Both the position numbers and the translations under genes were made by a program. From assembly GCA_044356455.1 (NCBI GenBank), contig JBIKWF010000002.1, positions 72,910 through 136,909 of the forward strand: 64,000 nt of DNA, in the 5' to 3' direction. Of this stretch, positions 40,721 through 49,067 are shown piece by piece (the first letter of the stretch is position 1; every line of letters starts with the position of its first letter). A model generated the notes under the pieces. It saw nothing but the letters and a program-made list of their open reading frames with translations. It searched no databases and had not been told where the DNA came from. This DNA is from Bdellovibrionota bacterium (GTDB lineage: Bacteria; Bdellovibrionota_C; UBA2361; JBGSMV01).

Positions 40721-41542
40721 ATTGCCCCGTACGTCGAGTCGTTTCTTTTCGGAAGTGTCTGCCGGGAAGAGTAATCGCGAGATCTCCTCAAGCCACTGCT
40801 CCTTTCTATGATAGGTGACGGCAAAAATACCGTCCGTGGTTCTTAGTGCCGCTTTTGACCGTCCCTCGTAAAAGTTTGGCCCGAAGATTCTCTGAGCCAC
40901 AAAGGTAATCTCTCGCGATTGGTCACAAACAACTACTTCTTTATCTATGCCGGGGATCTCAACGATTACATAAGGCTCTTTCCGCATCATGTTCTCTCGC
41001 AATGCGCCAGCACGGACAACTATATCCTCTTTGAAAATTCCGAGATCTTGAAGCTGAGTAATGAGCTGCATGAGCCTCGGCTGATACTCGCCCTCGGTCC
41101 ATCCCGCCCCACTACCAAGTAAAGGCGCAGCTTGAATGTCTGTCTCCACGTACACTTGAGGACTGTGGATAACGAGAACTCCTAGACCATCCAGCTTGCT
41201 GAGCACCTCCTTCGAGCTCCCACTGGAGAGAGCCCCGTACAGAGTATCTCCTGCTTCGCCCAGCAACTGCCCCAACGAGGCGATATCTGAATCTCCAAGC
41301 GAACTAACCCATGCTCGAAGAACCCCCTCCTCGTGAGACCCTAATGCCTGGAGAAAAAGTTTTTCGAGAGAAACTATTCGGCTCCAGAAGACCTTGTAGC
41401 TTTCTTCACCAAGATCTAGTTCGCGAATTGCCTCTCTTACCGCGGCAGTCTGGGACCTTAAGTGCTCGAGAGTTTGCTCTGGAATGTGAGGTGGATGATT
41501 AGGGATTTGACACCCCAAATGCGGTTGGTTCATAGAGGTCAC
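38801..41542 (-). CDS. Large tandem-repeat protein (N-terminal unique domain + 8 x ~81-aa repeats)
   Basis: 913-aa ORF; unit ATPEQLAAK...W..M..KQK.AYRVPG.DMGL..LA.R.G..G.PI...H.HLQLG.KIFGEGTVISE.LF recurs every 243 bp. Confidence 0.9.
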   Translation of the reverse strand: MTSMNQPHLGCQIPNHPPHIPEQTLEHLRSQTAAVREAIRELDLGEESYKVFWSRIVSLEKLFLQALGSHEEGVLRAWVSSLGDSDIASLGQLLGEAGDTLYGALSSGSSKEVLSKLDGLGVLVIHSPQVYVETDIQAAPLLGSGAGWTEGEYQPRLMQLITQLQDLGIFKEDIVVRAGALRENMMRKEPYVIVEIPGIDKEVVVCDQSREITFVAQRIFGPNFYEGRSKAALRTTDGIFAVTYHRKEQWLEEISRLLFPADTSEKKRLDVRGNEGLRDAIKAAQSMSPEVWCRMSQTQKRAYRVPGTNMGLTALAGRFGLSGLTGNPIGNHVYHLELGAKIFGEGTVISDKLFFERATPEQLAAKVREEMTAKQWSEMTQKQKLAYRVPGSDMGLTKLARRVGITGSPISNHDVHLQLGEKIFGDGTAISEELFVQRATPDQLAAKIREKMTAAEWCLMTSKAKSAFRVPGTDMGLTRLATRFDVGGEPIGHHEVHLQLGERIFGEGTVISEELIIERATPEQLGVRIREKLTAQHWSEMTEAQRKSYQVPGTEIRLRALATLFGVKGDPVTTKAFHLQLGQKIFGEGTVISEKLFVEYATAEQLAAKVREEATAENWRGMKVSQKKAYRVPGTNLGLRALATRMGIPGSPITNHKDHLRLGEKIFGEGTVISEKLFFESVTPEQLAAKVKEEMTAKQWSEMTQKQKGAYRVPGSDMGLKRLATRMGIGGSPIDNQGVHLQLGEKIFREGIAISERLFLERATPEQLAVKIKEKMTAQHWSEMTSKQKASYRVPGADMGLKALATRFGIEGDPIGYHKVHLQLGKKIFGEFTVISEKLFKECATPDQLAAKIIEKMTAQQWSEMRQKQKAAYRVPGTDMGLRALATRLGIEGDPVAYHEVHLQLRKKIFGDT

Positions 41543-41994
41543 GCAACTCGTTACCGTTAGCCGAGAAGAAACTTTCTCGAAGTTTGCAAGGCGGACCTAC
41601 TTCTGATTGTTGATAGGTGGCCTCGCTGTGCTGTTATTAGGCTCTGAGAAAAAAAGTGCCTTAAAATGGCATTTATTGAGGGGTCTCAACGGTAAGGAAG
41701 GGCTCAAGGAGTACGACCTCAATGGGGCACCCACTCATTTGAGGCATAGATCTTTGGCATACTCCCTATTGTCCCTTTATTTCGAGCATTTAGGACGTGG
41801 AATGAAAGCCGCTCGTCTCCCTTGCTCGAGTGGGATTGGGGGCGCCCCTATTGGGCGCGCTTCAGGTCGCTGCCAAGCGATGTCCGCTCCGATCGTAGCG
41901 ATGGATGCTTACGTCTATCAAAGCCCGCTGGGTTAACAGCTAGCTTATCTCATCGTCTAGGCAAGAGACGCCTAGAGTCTTCTGTGATTCGACC

Positions 41995-42009
41995 GGGGGA
42001 ATTCTCCCA
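41995..42009. promoter_or_regulatory. Candidate operator palindrome
   Basis: GGGGGAATTCTCCCA, 13/15 match to the reverse complement of the 36831 site, 120 bp upstream of 42129. Confidence 0.5.
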
Positions 42010-42128
42010 TTCTCTACTCGTCGCTTATGCAAGGGCACCAGTGGCTCCAATCTTCTCTTACGAATTACTCATATGAAGCATTCTTCATTCTGTCTCTGAC
42101 CTTAGAGTGAGTCTTCGTCGGAGTCTTT

Positions 42129-42482
42129 ATGTTCAAGCAGATCTTTGCTGCTGGTCTCTCGCTCTTCATTATTTGCTCTGCGCTCACGCCTAGCGCTGCC
42201 GCACAGCAAGAGAACCCTCTCCATCAACCACAGAGAGAGCCAGAAAATCCAATCTTTGGGAGTTCACTAGCTTTGAATAATTTCTACTCTATGTTGGCGT
42301 CGATAGCTTCGAGTCAAATGGATAAGAACACAGAGACAAGAGGAGCAAGCGCCACTCTCATCGAAGCGGGAAAGATTTCTGACTGGATCTCTGAACTAGA
42401 GGATTGCGTCGCAGCGCTTGAAAGCAACCCTATCACCACTGAAGAGGCGATAAAGATTTGTAGTGGCTCCGAAGACAGGTAA
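42129..42482 (+). CDS. Small secreted hypothetical protein
   Basis: Signal peptide (…SAAA), ggag RBS, C-terminal Cys pair. Confidence 0.7.
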   Translation: MFKQIFAAGLSLFIICSALTPSAAAQQENPLHQPQREPENPIFGSSLALNNFYSMLASIASSQMDKNTETRGASATLIEAGKISDWISELEDCVAALESNPITTEEAIKICSGSEDR

Positions 42483-42555
42483 CCGAAGAAGTTTCCTAAA
42501 CAACTGCAGTCCCAGCCTGATTACATTACCAAATCCTGCTTGGAATTTGCGATTG

Positions 42556-43551
42556 CTAGTCTCTGACCACATAATCATGCGGCAACTTAGCAATCTCTTC
42601 CCACCCCCCATGGATCCAAGAAATCATCTCCCCCACTCCCTCTTCAAGAGAAACAGTAGGCATCCATCCAAGCTCCTTTTTGGCCTTAGCCCAATCAAGA
42701 ATATAAGCCTGGTCCTGCCCCGTTCTTTCACCCACCGTCTTGGTGGAAGCATCGAAGCTCTCTCCGAGCGCTGAGCACACCATACGCACCAGATCGCGAA
42801 TGCTAATGCCGTCACCTTCTGGCCCGAAGTGGTACAAACCACCGACCGTGCCCTTTGTCATCGCCAAATAAATCCCGTGGCAAACATCTCGAATATGAAG
42901 ATACGACTTAACCGCCTGACCGCCGCCGTGAAGCTCGATAATCTTCCCTAACTTCCGATAAATAACCGTGCGCGGAATGATTCTATAAAGCTGCTGATGC
43001 GCTCCGTAGACGTTCGTCGAACGAATCGTTACCGAGGGGAAGCCCTTCACTTTGTGCAGGCAAGTACAGAAGAGATCGGCCGACCCTTTTGAGGCGGCGT
43101 AGGGAGAACTTGGGTTAAACAGAGTGGGGTCCTCTTTCTGGTGATTACAGGAGCCGTACACCTCTGGAGTTGAAATCTGGACAAAGCGCTCCAAGTAATC
43201 ACGTTTCGAGAGTGCGTCCATTAGTCCCACGACGCCAACGGCATTCGTTTGGAACCACTTCACCGGGAAATTCCAGCTTTGCGCAACTTCGCCTTGAGCC
43301 GCGAAATTAATTACAAAGCGCGGCTTCTCTTTATCAAGTACCTGCATAATCTCAGGAAGCTTGGTATTGATGTCGAGCTGGTAGAAGGAAAATCTTCCGG
43401 GTCTCTCTTTCTTGTGCAGATACGGCAGCATTACTGCGGGATACTCGGGCGAACGGTTGAAACCTAGAATCTTATCTTCCGTTGCCGAGAGCAGGTACTG
43501 CACGAGGGCGGAGCCCGAGAAGGAATTACTCGCAATAATCGCAATTGTCAT
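42556..43551 (-). CDS. NDP-sugar 4,6-dehydratase (RfbB/Gmd-like)
   Basis: NFAAQ, ISTPEVYG, PSSPYAASK, NVYG; atypical ASNSFSG Rossmann motif. Confidence 0.85.
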   Translation of the reverse strand: MTIAIIASNSFSGSALVQYLLSATEDKILGFNRSPEYPAVMLPYLHKKERPGRFSFYQLDINTKLPEIMQVLDKEKPRFVINFAAQGEVAQSWNFPVKWFQTNAVGVVGLMDALSKRDYLERFVQISTPEVYGSCNHQKEDPTLFNPSSPYAASKGSADLFCTCLHKVKGFPSVTIRSTNVYGAHQQLYRIIPRTVIYRKLGKIIELHGGGQAVKSYLHIRDVCHGIYLAMTKGTVGGLYHFGPEGDGISIRDLVRMVCSALGESFDASTKTVGERTGQDQAYILDWAKAKKELGWMPTVSLEEGVGEMISWIHGGWEEIAKLPHDYVVRD

Positions 43552-43554
43552 ACG

Positions 43555-44661
43555 CTACGCGCCAAAGAATTTCTTTACTTCTTGAATTACGGTCGCAATT
43601 TGCTGATCCGTTAATTCTGGATAAATCGGCAAGCTGAGAATTCTCCCTGACTGCCTTTCCGTGACAGGAAAATCGCCGCGCTTGTAGCCAAGGTCTCGGG
43701 CGCACTCTTGGAGGTGAATCGGGATTGGATAGTGAATCTTTGTTTCAATACCCTTTGCCAATAAGTGATCACGCAGTTCATTGCGGCGGTCGGTCTGGAT
43801 AATAAACGTGTGATAGACCGCGTACTCGTAGTCCTTGTCGGTAGGGACCTGGACGTAGGGAGCGAGCGCCGCTTGGTAGACGCCAGCAATCTCACGAAGC
43901 CTCGTGGTCCAGGCTTCAATGTGATTCATCTTTACGTTCAGGATCGCGGCTTGGACGGTATCAAGTCTTGAATTAAAGCCCCATACTTCACACTCATCGC
44001 GGTTCTTTAGACCGTGATTTCTCAGCTTAAGAAGAAGCTTGTAGTATTCTTCGTTATCCGTGGTCATCACGCCCGCGTCGCCTGCGGCGTTTAAGTTCTT
44101 CAGCGGATGTAATGAGAAGCAGCCGATATCGCCAAGAGCCCCGACTCCTTTACCACGGTAACGCGCAGCTACCGCCTGAGCAGCATCTTCGACTACCTTA
44201 AGCCCCTTCCGCTTAGCGATGTCCATGATAGGCGCCATATCTGCGGAGCGCCCCGTCAGATGAACGGGCATGATTGCCTTCGTGCGCGGAGTAATAGCCT
44301 TTTCGATTTTTTCTGGGTCAATGTTGAAATCATCTCGCACGTCGGCAAAAACTGGGCGGGCGCCGGCGGCGACAATAGTCCATGCGCTTGCAAGAAATGA
44401 ATTGGGCGCTGTGATAACTTCGTCGCCCGGGCCTACGCCAAAAACTTTAAGTGCAAGAAATAATGCATCACTTCCGTCTGCTACACCTAAGGCGTAGCGG
44501 CTTCCGTGCAGCTTTGCGAAGCGTTCCTCAAATTCGGGAACAGCAGGACCTAGAATGTAATTTCCCGACGACAGAACTTCTTCGACTTTGGGCATGATTT
44601 CTGCCCGGAGCCTTGAGAACTGAAGTGGGATATCAATGTATTTAACTTTTATCTCGCTCAT
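43555..44661 (-). CDS. DegT/DnrJ/EryC1/StrS aminotransferase
   Basis: EDAAQ, FSLHPLKNL, NSRLD. Confidence 0.92.
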   Translation of the reverse strand: MSEIKVKYIDIPLQFSRLRAEIMPKVEEVLSSGNYILGPAVPEFEERFAKLHGSRYALGVADGSDALFLALKVFGVGPGDEVITAPNSFLASAWTIVAAGARPVFADVRDDFNIDPEKIEKAITPRTKAIMPVHLTGRSADMAPIMDIAKRKGLKVVEDAAQAVAARYRGKGVGALGDIGCFSLHPLKNLNAAGDAGVMTTDNEEYYKLLLKLRNHGLKNRDECEVWGFNSRLDTVQAAILNVKMNHIEAWTTRLREIAGVYQAALAPYVQVPTDKDYEYAVYHTFIIQTDRRNELRDHLLAKGIETKIHYPIPIHLQECARDLGYKRGDFPVTERQSGRILSLPIYPELTDQQIATVIQEVKKFFGA

Positions 44662-45761
44662 CGGTAGAAGCTCCGAATACAATCGACTACATAACCGAGT
44701 TCATCGTGAGTTAAATGCTGATGCACAGGCAGAGAAAGCATTATTTCCGCATGCCTCTCTGCGACCGGGAAATCTCCGCGCTTATAGCCTAGATATTCGC
44801 AAGCTTTTTGAAGGTGCAGCGGAATAGGATAATGCACTTTTGCTTCAATTCCTTGCTTCAATAGGAAGGCAAGCAGGTCGTCGCGCTTCTTGTCTACGTA
44901 CACCACGTAATTATGGTGCACCCAGCGCATGTTGGGGTCGCGAGGCGCAACGCGGAGCTGGGGGATCTTCGCGAACTCTTGGTCGTAGAAGTCGGCGTGT
45001 TTTCGGCGCTCTCCAATAATCCAATCGAACGTTTCTACTATGTGTAGTCCCACAACGGCGTGAAGGGTATCGAGGCGGCAGTTGTAGCCAAAGAAATCAC
45101 AGTGGTCACGGTCGCGCAGACCATGGTTGCGAAGTTTCTGGAGTTTCTCCGCCATCTCCTTAGAGCTTGTCGTGATAACTCCGCCATCACCCCAGACATT
45201 TAGGTTCTTGAGAGGATGAAGACTAAAGGCACCGGTGAGACCGTAAGAGCCAGAGCGCTTGCCGTGGAGTTCTGCGCCCATCCCTTGGCACGCATCTTCA
45301 ATCACCTCGAGGCCGTGCTTCTTTGCGATTTCTAGAATGCGCGGCATGTCGGACATCGCGCCCATCAGGTGCACGGGAACGATTGCTTTTGTCTTGGGAG
45401 TAATCGCTCGCTCGATTTGAGTGACGTCGATACAAAAGTCATCTCGGCAATCAACAAAAACAGGGCGCGCTCCTGTCGTCGCAATCGCTCCTCCTGTGGC
45501 ATAAAAGGTGTTCGCCGCGGTGATGACTTCATCGCCAGGTCCAATGCCGAGAGCGACAAGAGAAAGCCGGATTGCATCGGTGCCGGTTCCTACGCTGACT
45601 GCGTAAGGAGTCTTGCTCACGATTCTCGCAAATTTTTCTTCTAATTCTGCTACCTGCTTTCCTAAGGTGAAGTCGCCGCTTTTTAAGAGCGCCCTAAGGC
45701 TATCGAAAATTGGTTCTGGATTGGCGAACTGTCCAGGGAGGTGAGAGTAGCTGACCTTCAT
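44658..45761 (-). CDS. DegT/DnrJ/EryC1/StrS aminotransferase
   Basis: EDACQ, FSLHPLKNL, NCRLD; overlaps the next gene's start. Confidence 0.92.
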   Translation of the reverse strand: MKVSYSHLPGQFANPEPIFDSLRALLKSGDFTLGKQVAELEEKFARIVSKTPYAVSVGTGTDAIRLSLVALGIGPGDEVITAANTFYATGGAIATTGARPVFVDCRDDFCIDVTQIERAITPKTKAIVPVHLMGAMSDMPRILEIAKKHGLEVIEDACQGMGAELHGKRSGSYGLTGAFSLHPLKNLNVWGDGGVITTSSKEMAEKLQKLRNHGLRDRDHCDFFGYNCRLDTLHAVVGLHIVETFDWIIGERRKHADFYDQEFAKIPQLRVAPRDPNMRWVHHNYVVYVDKKRDDLLAFLLKQGIEAKVHYPIPLHLQKACEYLGYKRGDFPVAERHAEIMLSLPVHQHLTHDELGYVVDCIRSFYR

Positions 45762-45999
45762 GATGGGACCCTTCTCAAAAAATACAGATGCGAGCGCCCG
45801 CCGAAGCCTGCCTTTGACAGGAACTCCCACGCGCGAAACACCCTTAAGAGAACCGAGCCGCAAAAGACGCCCCCTGCCCTCTTCGCTCCCCATGGTAGCG
45901 AGAAAAGGCAGAGCCCCATAGCCACATCCTTTTGGCCTCTCTTTCTGTTGGGATGTCTGCCGAGGCCAACCGGTTCTTAGGGAGTCACCCGAAGGACCC

Positions 46000-46108
46000 T
46001 AAGATGGGCAAATTTTCCCTTCCCTTTGTGAACTCTGTGGTCTTAGTGGTTTATGAAAACAACCACTAAGACCACAGAGACCACTAAGGGGAATTTTTTA
46101 GAGATCCC
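46000..46108. mobile_element. MITE-like element (family A), partial
   Basis: Hairpin ctctgtggtcttagtggtt/aaccactaagaccacagag; right end ATTTTTTAGAGATCCC. Confidence 0.6.
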
Positions 46109-46181
46109 TGAGGCTAAATGTTCCTTTGGCGAAGCGGTGTAATCTGCTAAAAATAAGAGACAATTCTATTGGTGAGCTCTC

Positions 46182-47186
46182 ATGCGAACTCTTGTTACTG
46201 GCGGCGCTGGATTCATTGGAAGCAATCTCGTTGATAGGCTTATCGCCGACGGCCATTCAGTCACCGTAATCGACAATCTCTCTACCGGTAGACTCTCAAA
46301 TCTTGCCCATCTTGAGGGCCACAAGCAGCTCAGCGTTTGTCAGGCTGACATCGCTGACCTCGCGAAGATTTCGCCGCTTTTTAAGGGAATTGACTGGGTT
46401 TTCCACATGGCAGCCCTGGCGGATATTGTTCCGTCGATTCAAGAGCCGGTGAAGTATTACCACTCAAATGTAACGGGAACTGTCTCAGTTCTTGAAGCAG
46501 CCCGAGCCGCCGGGGTAAAGCGCTTCCTTTATACGGCTTCTTCTAGCTGCTATGGGCTTGCCGATATTGTTCCTACGCCTGAAACAGCTCCCATTAAGCC
46601 GATGTACCCCTACGCACTCACCAAGTACCTTGGGGAATCCTGTGTGATGCACTGGAGCCAGGTCTACGGTATCCCAGCAGTGTCCCTGAGGCTTTTTAAT
46701 GTCTATGGCCCTCGCGCCAGAACTTCTGGAACGTATGGCGCCGTTTTTGGAGTCTTCCTCGCTCAAAAATTACATGGGAAGCCTTTTACGGTGGTCGGAG
46801 ACGGAACCCAGACCAGAGACTTTACCTTTGTCACTGACGTGGCAGATGCCTTTGTAAGAGCTGCGGAGTCTTCGGTCGTTGGAGAAATCTTCAACGTGGG
46901 AAGCAGCAACACCTACAGTATAAATGAACTTGTTCAGCGCCTAGGCGGGCCAATAACCTACGTGCCCAAAAGACCGGGAGAGCCCGACTGCACGTTTGCC
47001 GATATTTCGAAGATAAATCAAGCACTTAACTGGAAAGCCCAGGTCAGTTTTGCAGACGGCGTCAAACGCATGCTGGCCGGAATTGAGCACTGGAGAGAGG
47101 CTCCCGTTTGGAACGAAAATAGTATCGCCCAGGCGACCAAAGAATGGCATCAATACTTAGGAAGTGGGAGCAGCAGCTCCAAGTAA
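46182..47186 (+). CDS. NAD-dependent epimerase/dehydratase
   Basis: TGGAGFIG, YALTK, FNVYGP. Confidence 0.92.
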   Translation: MRTLVTGGAGFIGSNLVDRLIADGHSVTVIDNLSTGRLSNLAHLEGHKQLSVCQADIADLAKISPLFKGIDWVFHMAALADIVPSIQEPVKYYHSNVTGTVSVLEAARAAGVKRFLYTASSSCYGLADIVPTPETAPIKPMYPYALTKYLGESCVMHWSQVYGIPAVSLRLFNVYGPRARTSGTYGAVFGVFLAQKLHGKPFTVVGDGTQTRDFTFVTDVADAFVRAAESSVVGEIFNVGSSNTYSINELVQRLGGPITYVPKRPGEPDCTFADISKINQALNWKAQVSFADGVKRMLAGIEHWREAPVWNENSIAQATKEWHQYLGSGSSSSK

Positions 47187-47217
47187 CGACGTTCTACGGA
47201 AATCACGGAGGATTCAC

Positions 47218-48216
47218 GTGACAGATCTAAAACAGGTTCTCATCACTGGCGGCGCTGGCTATGTCGGCTCCGTACTCGTCCCGAAACTTCTGAAAGAGGG
47301 ATTTCGAGTTAAGGTGCTCGACCTGTTCATGTACGGAGAAGATGTCCTGGACTCCGTAAAGGGGAATCCAAATCTTGAACTTATCAAGGGCGATATCCGT
47401 GATGCCAAGTTGCTAGAGCGCTCACTGCCAGGTTGCGACGCGGTCATCCACCTCGCCTGCATTTCGAATGACCCAAGTTTTGAACTAGACCCGGGCCTTG
47501 GGAAATCAATTAACTTTGATTGCTTCGCCCCCCTTGTCCAGATTTCTAAAAAATCAGGCGTGAAGCGTTTCATATACGCTTCCTCTTCAAGCGTGTATGG
47601 CGTCAAAGATGTCTCCAACGTGACAGAAGACCTCTCCCTTGAGCCTCTTACGGACTACTCAAAGTTTAAGGCCATGTGCGAAGACGTACTCCAGAAGGAG
47701 CGCGCTCCCGGCTTCACTACGGTCACTATTCGACCGGCCACCGTGTGCGGTTATAGCCCAAGACTAAGGCTCGACTTGGCAGTAAACATCCTGACGAATC
47801 TCGCCCAGAATAAACGTGAGATTACTGTTCTTGGGGGCTCACAAATGCGCCCCAATATTCACATAGAGGACATGACCGACCTCTATGTACTGCTACTAAG
47901 GCTCCCGTCCGAGAAGATAGACGGAAAAATATTCAATGCGGGGTACGAGAATCACACCGTCGCGGATATCGCCACTAAAGTGCGCTCAATCGTTGGCGAC
48001 GACGTTAAGGTAGTCACCAAGCCCACGGACGATAATCGCTCATACCATATCTCAAGCGAAAAAATTCAGCGCGAGATTGGGTTCACCGCTAAGCACTCAG
48101 TGGGAGAGGCGATTCAAGATCTTGTGGCGGCGTTCAAGGAAGGGAAAGTCCCCAATCCTCTTTCAGATATCCGGTACTTCAACATCAAGACCATGCAAAG
48201 CATAAAGCTTAAATAA
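47218..48216 (+). CDS. NAD-dependent epimerase/dehydratase (extended SDR)
   Basis: TGGAGYVG, HLACISNDP, YSKFK; GTG start with ggagg RBS. Confidence 0.9.
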   Translation: MTDLKQVLITGGAGYVGSVLVPKLLKEGFRVKVLDLFMYGEDVLDSVKGNPNLELIKGDIRDAKLLERSLPGCDAVIHLACISNDPSFELDPGLGKSINFDCFAPLVQISKKSGVKRFIYASSSSVYGVKDVSNVTEDLSLEPLTDYSKFKAMCEDVLQKERAPGFTTVTIRPATVCGYSPRLRLDLAVNILTNLAQNKREITVLGGSQMRPNIHIEDMTDLYVLLLRLPSEKIDGKIFNAGYENHTVADIATKVRSIVGDDVKVVTKPTDDNRSYHISSEKIQREIGFTAKHSVGEAIQDLVAAFKEGKVPNPLSDIRYFNIKTMQSIKLK

Positions 48217-48224
48217 GGCTAATC

Positions 48225-49067
48225 ATGAGCGCTTCTCTTGACCTCTCGCCTCAGCGGATCACAGAGCTCAGCAGCCTCTCGCGAAAAATTCGCGGTGAAG
48301 TGCTTAAGATGTCTTTTAATGCTCAGACGCCGCATCTTGCCTCGTCGCTATCTCCTGTCGACATTCTTGTTGCGGCGTACTTTGAAGCCTTAAAAATCGA
48401 TCCCCAAAAGCCCCTCGACCAAGGGCGAGATCGTTTCATTTTCAGTAAAGGGCATGCCGTTCCCGCCCTCTATGCCACCCTCGCGATGAAGGGCTTTTTC
48501 CCAGAATCCGACTTAGCAACGTTCTGCAAAGAAGGCGGGCACCTGCCTGAGCAGCCAAGCCCGCGCTGCGCTCCCGGAGTAGAGCTTGCTACGGGCTCGC
48601 TTGGGCATGGCCTTTCCGTGGGATTAGGCATGGCGCTTGCCGGCCGCATCGCGAATCTCCCCTACCGCGTCTACGCCCTGCTTAGTGATGGCGAGTGCAA
48701 CGAAGGCTCGGTGTGGGAGGCCGCCATGTTCGCGGGTGGCCAGAAACTTGACCAAGTCTGCGTCGTCGTCGATTTTAATAAATGGCAAGCGACTGACAGG
48801 AGCGAAGAAGTCATGGCGCTCCAGCCCTTCAGAAAGAAATGGGAAACCTTCGGCTGGACCGCTCATGAAGTCGATGGTCATGATATTGGTACGCTTGCAA
48901 AAATTCTGAAGAATGTTCCGGATGGCTCCGGAAAGCCCGTGGCGATAATCGCCAATACCGTGAAGGGCAAAGGCGTGTCGTTCATGGAAGACGACAACAA
49001 CTGGCATTATCAAATCCCCAAGAAAGAGCACCTTGAAAAGGGTCTTAAGGAGTTAGGACTCACATGA
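48225..49067 (+). CDS. Transketolase, N-terminal (TPP-binding) subunit
   Basis: SKGHA, TGSLGHG, SDGECNEG, TVKGKG. Confidence 0.93.
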   Translation: MSASLDLSPQRITELSSLSRKIRGEVLKMSFNAQTPHLASSLSPVDILVAAYFEALKIDPQKPLDQGRDRFIFSKGHAVPALYATLAMKGFFPESDLATFCKEGGHLPEQPSPRCAPGVELATGSLGHGLSVGLGMALAGRIANLPYRVYALLSDGECNEGSVWEAAMFAGGQKLDQVCVVVDFNKWQATDRSEEVMALQPFRKKWETFGWTAHEVDGHDIGTLAKILKNVPDGSGKPVAIIANTVKGKGVSFMEDDNNWHYQIPKKEHLEKGLKELGLT

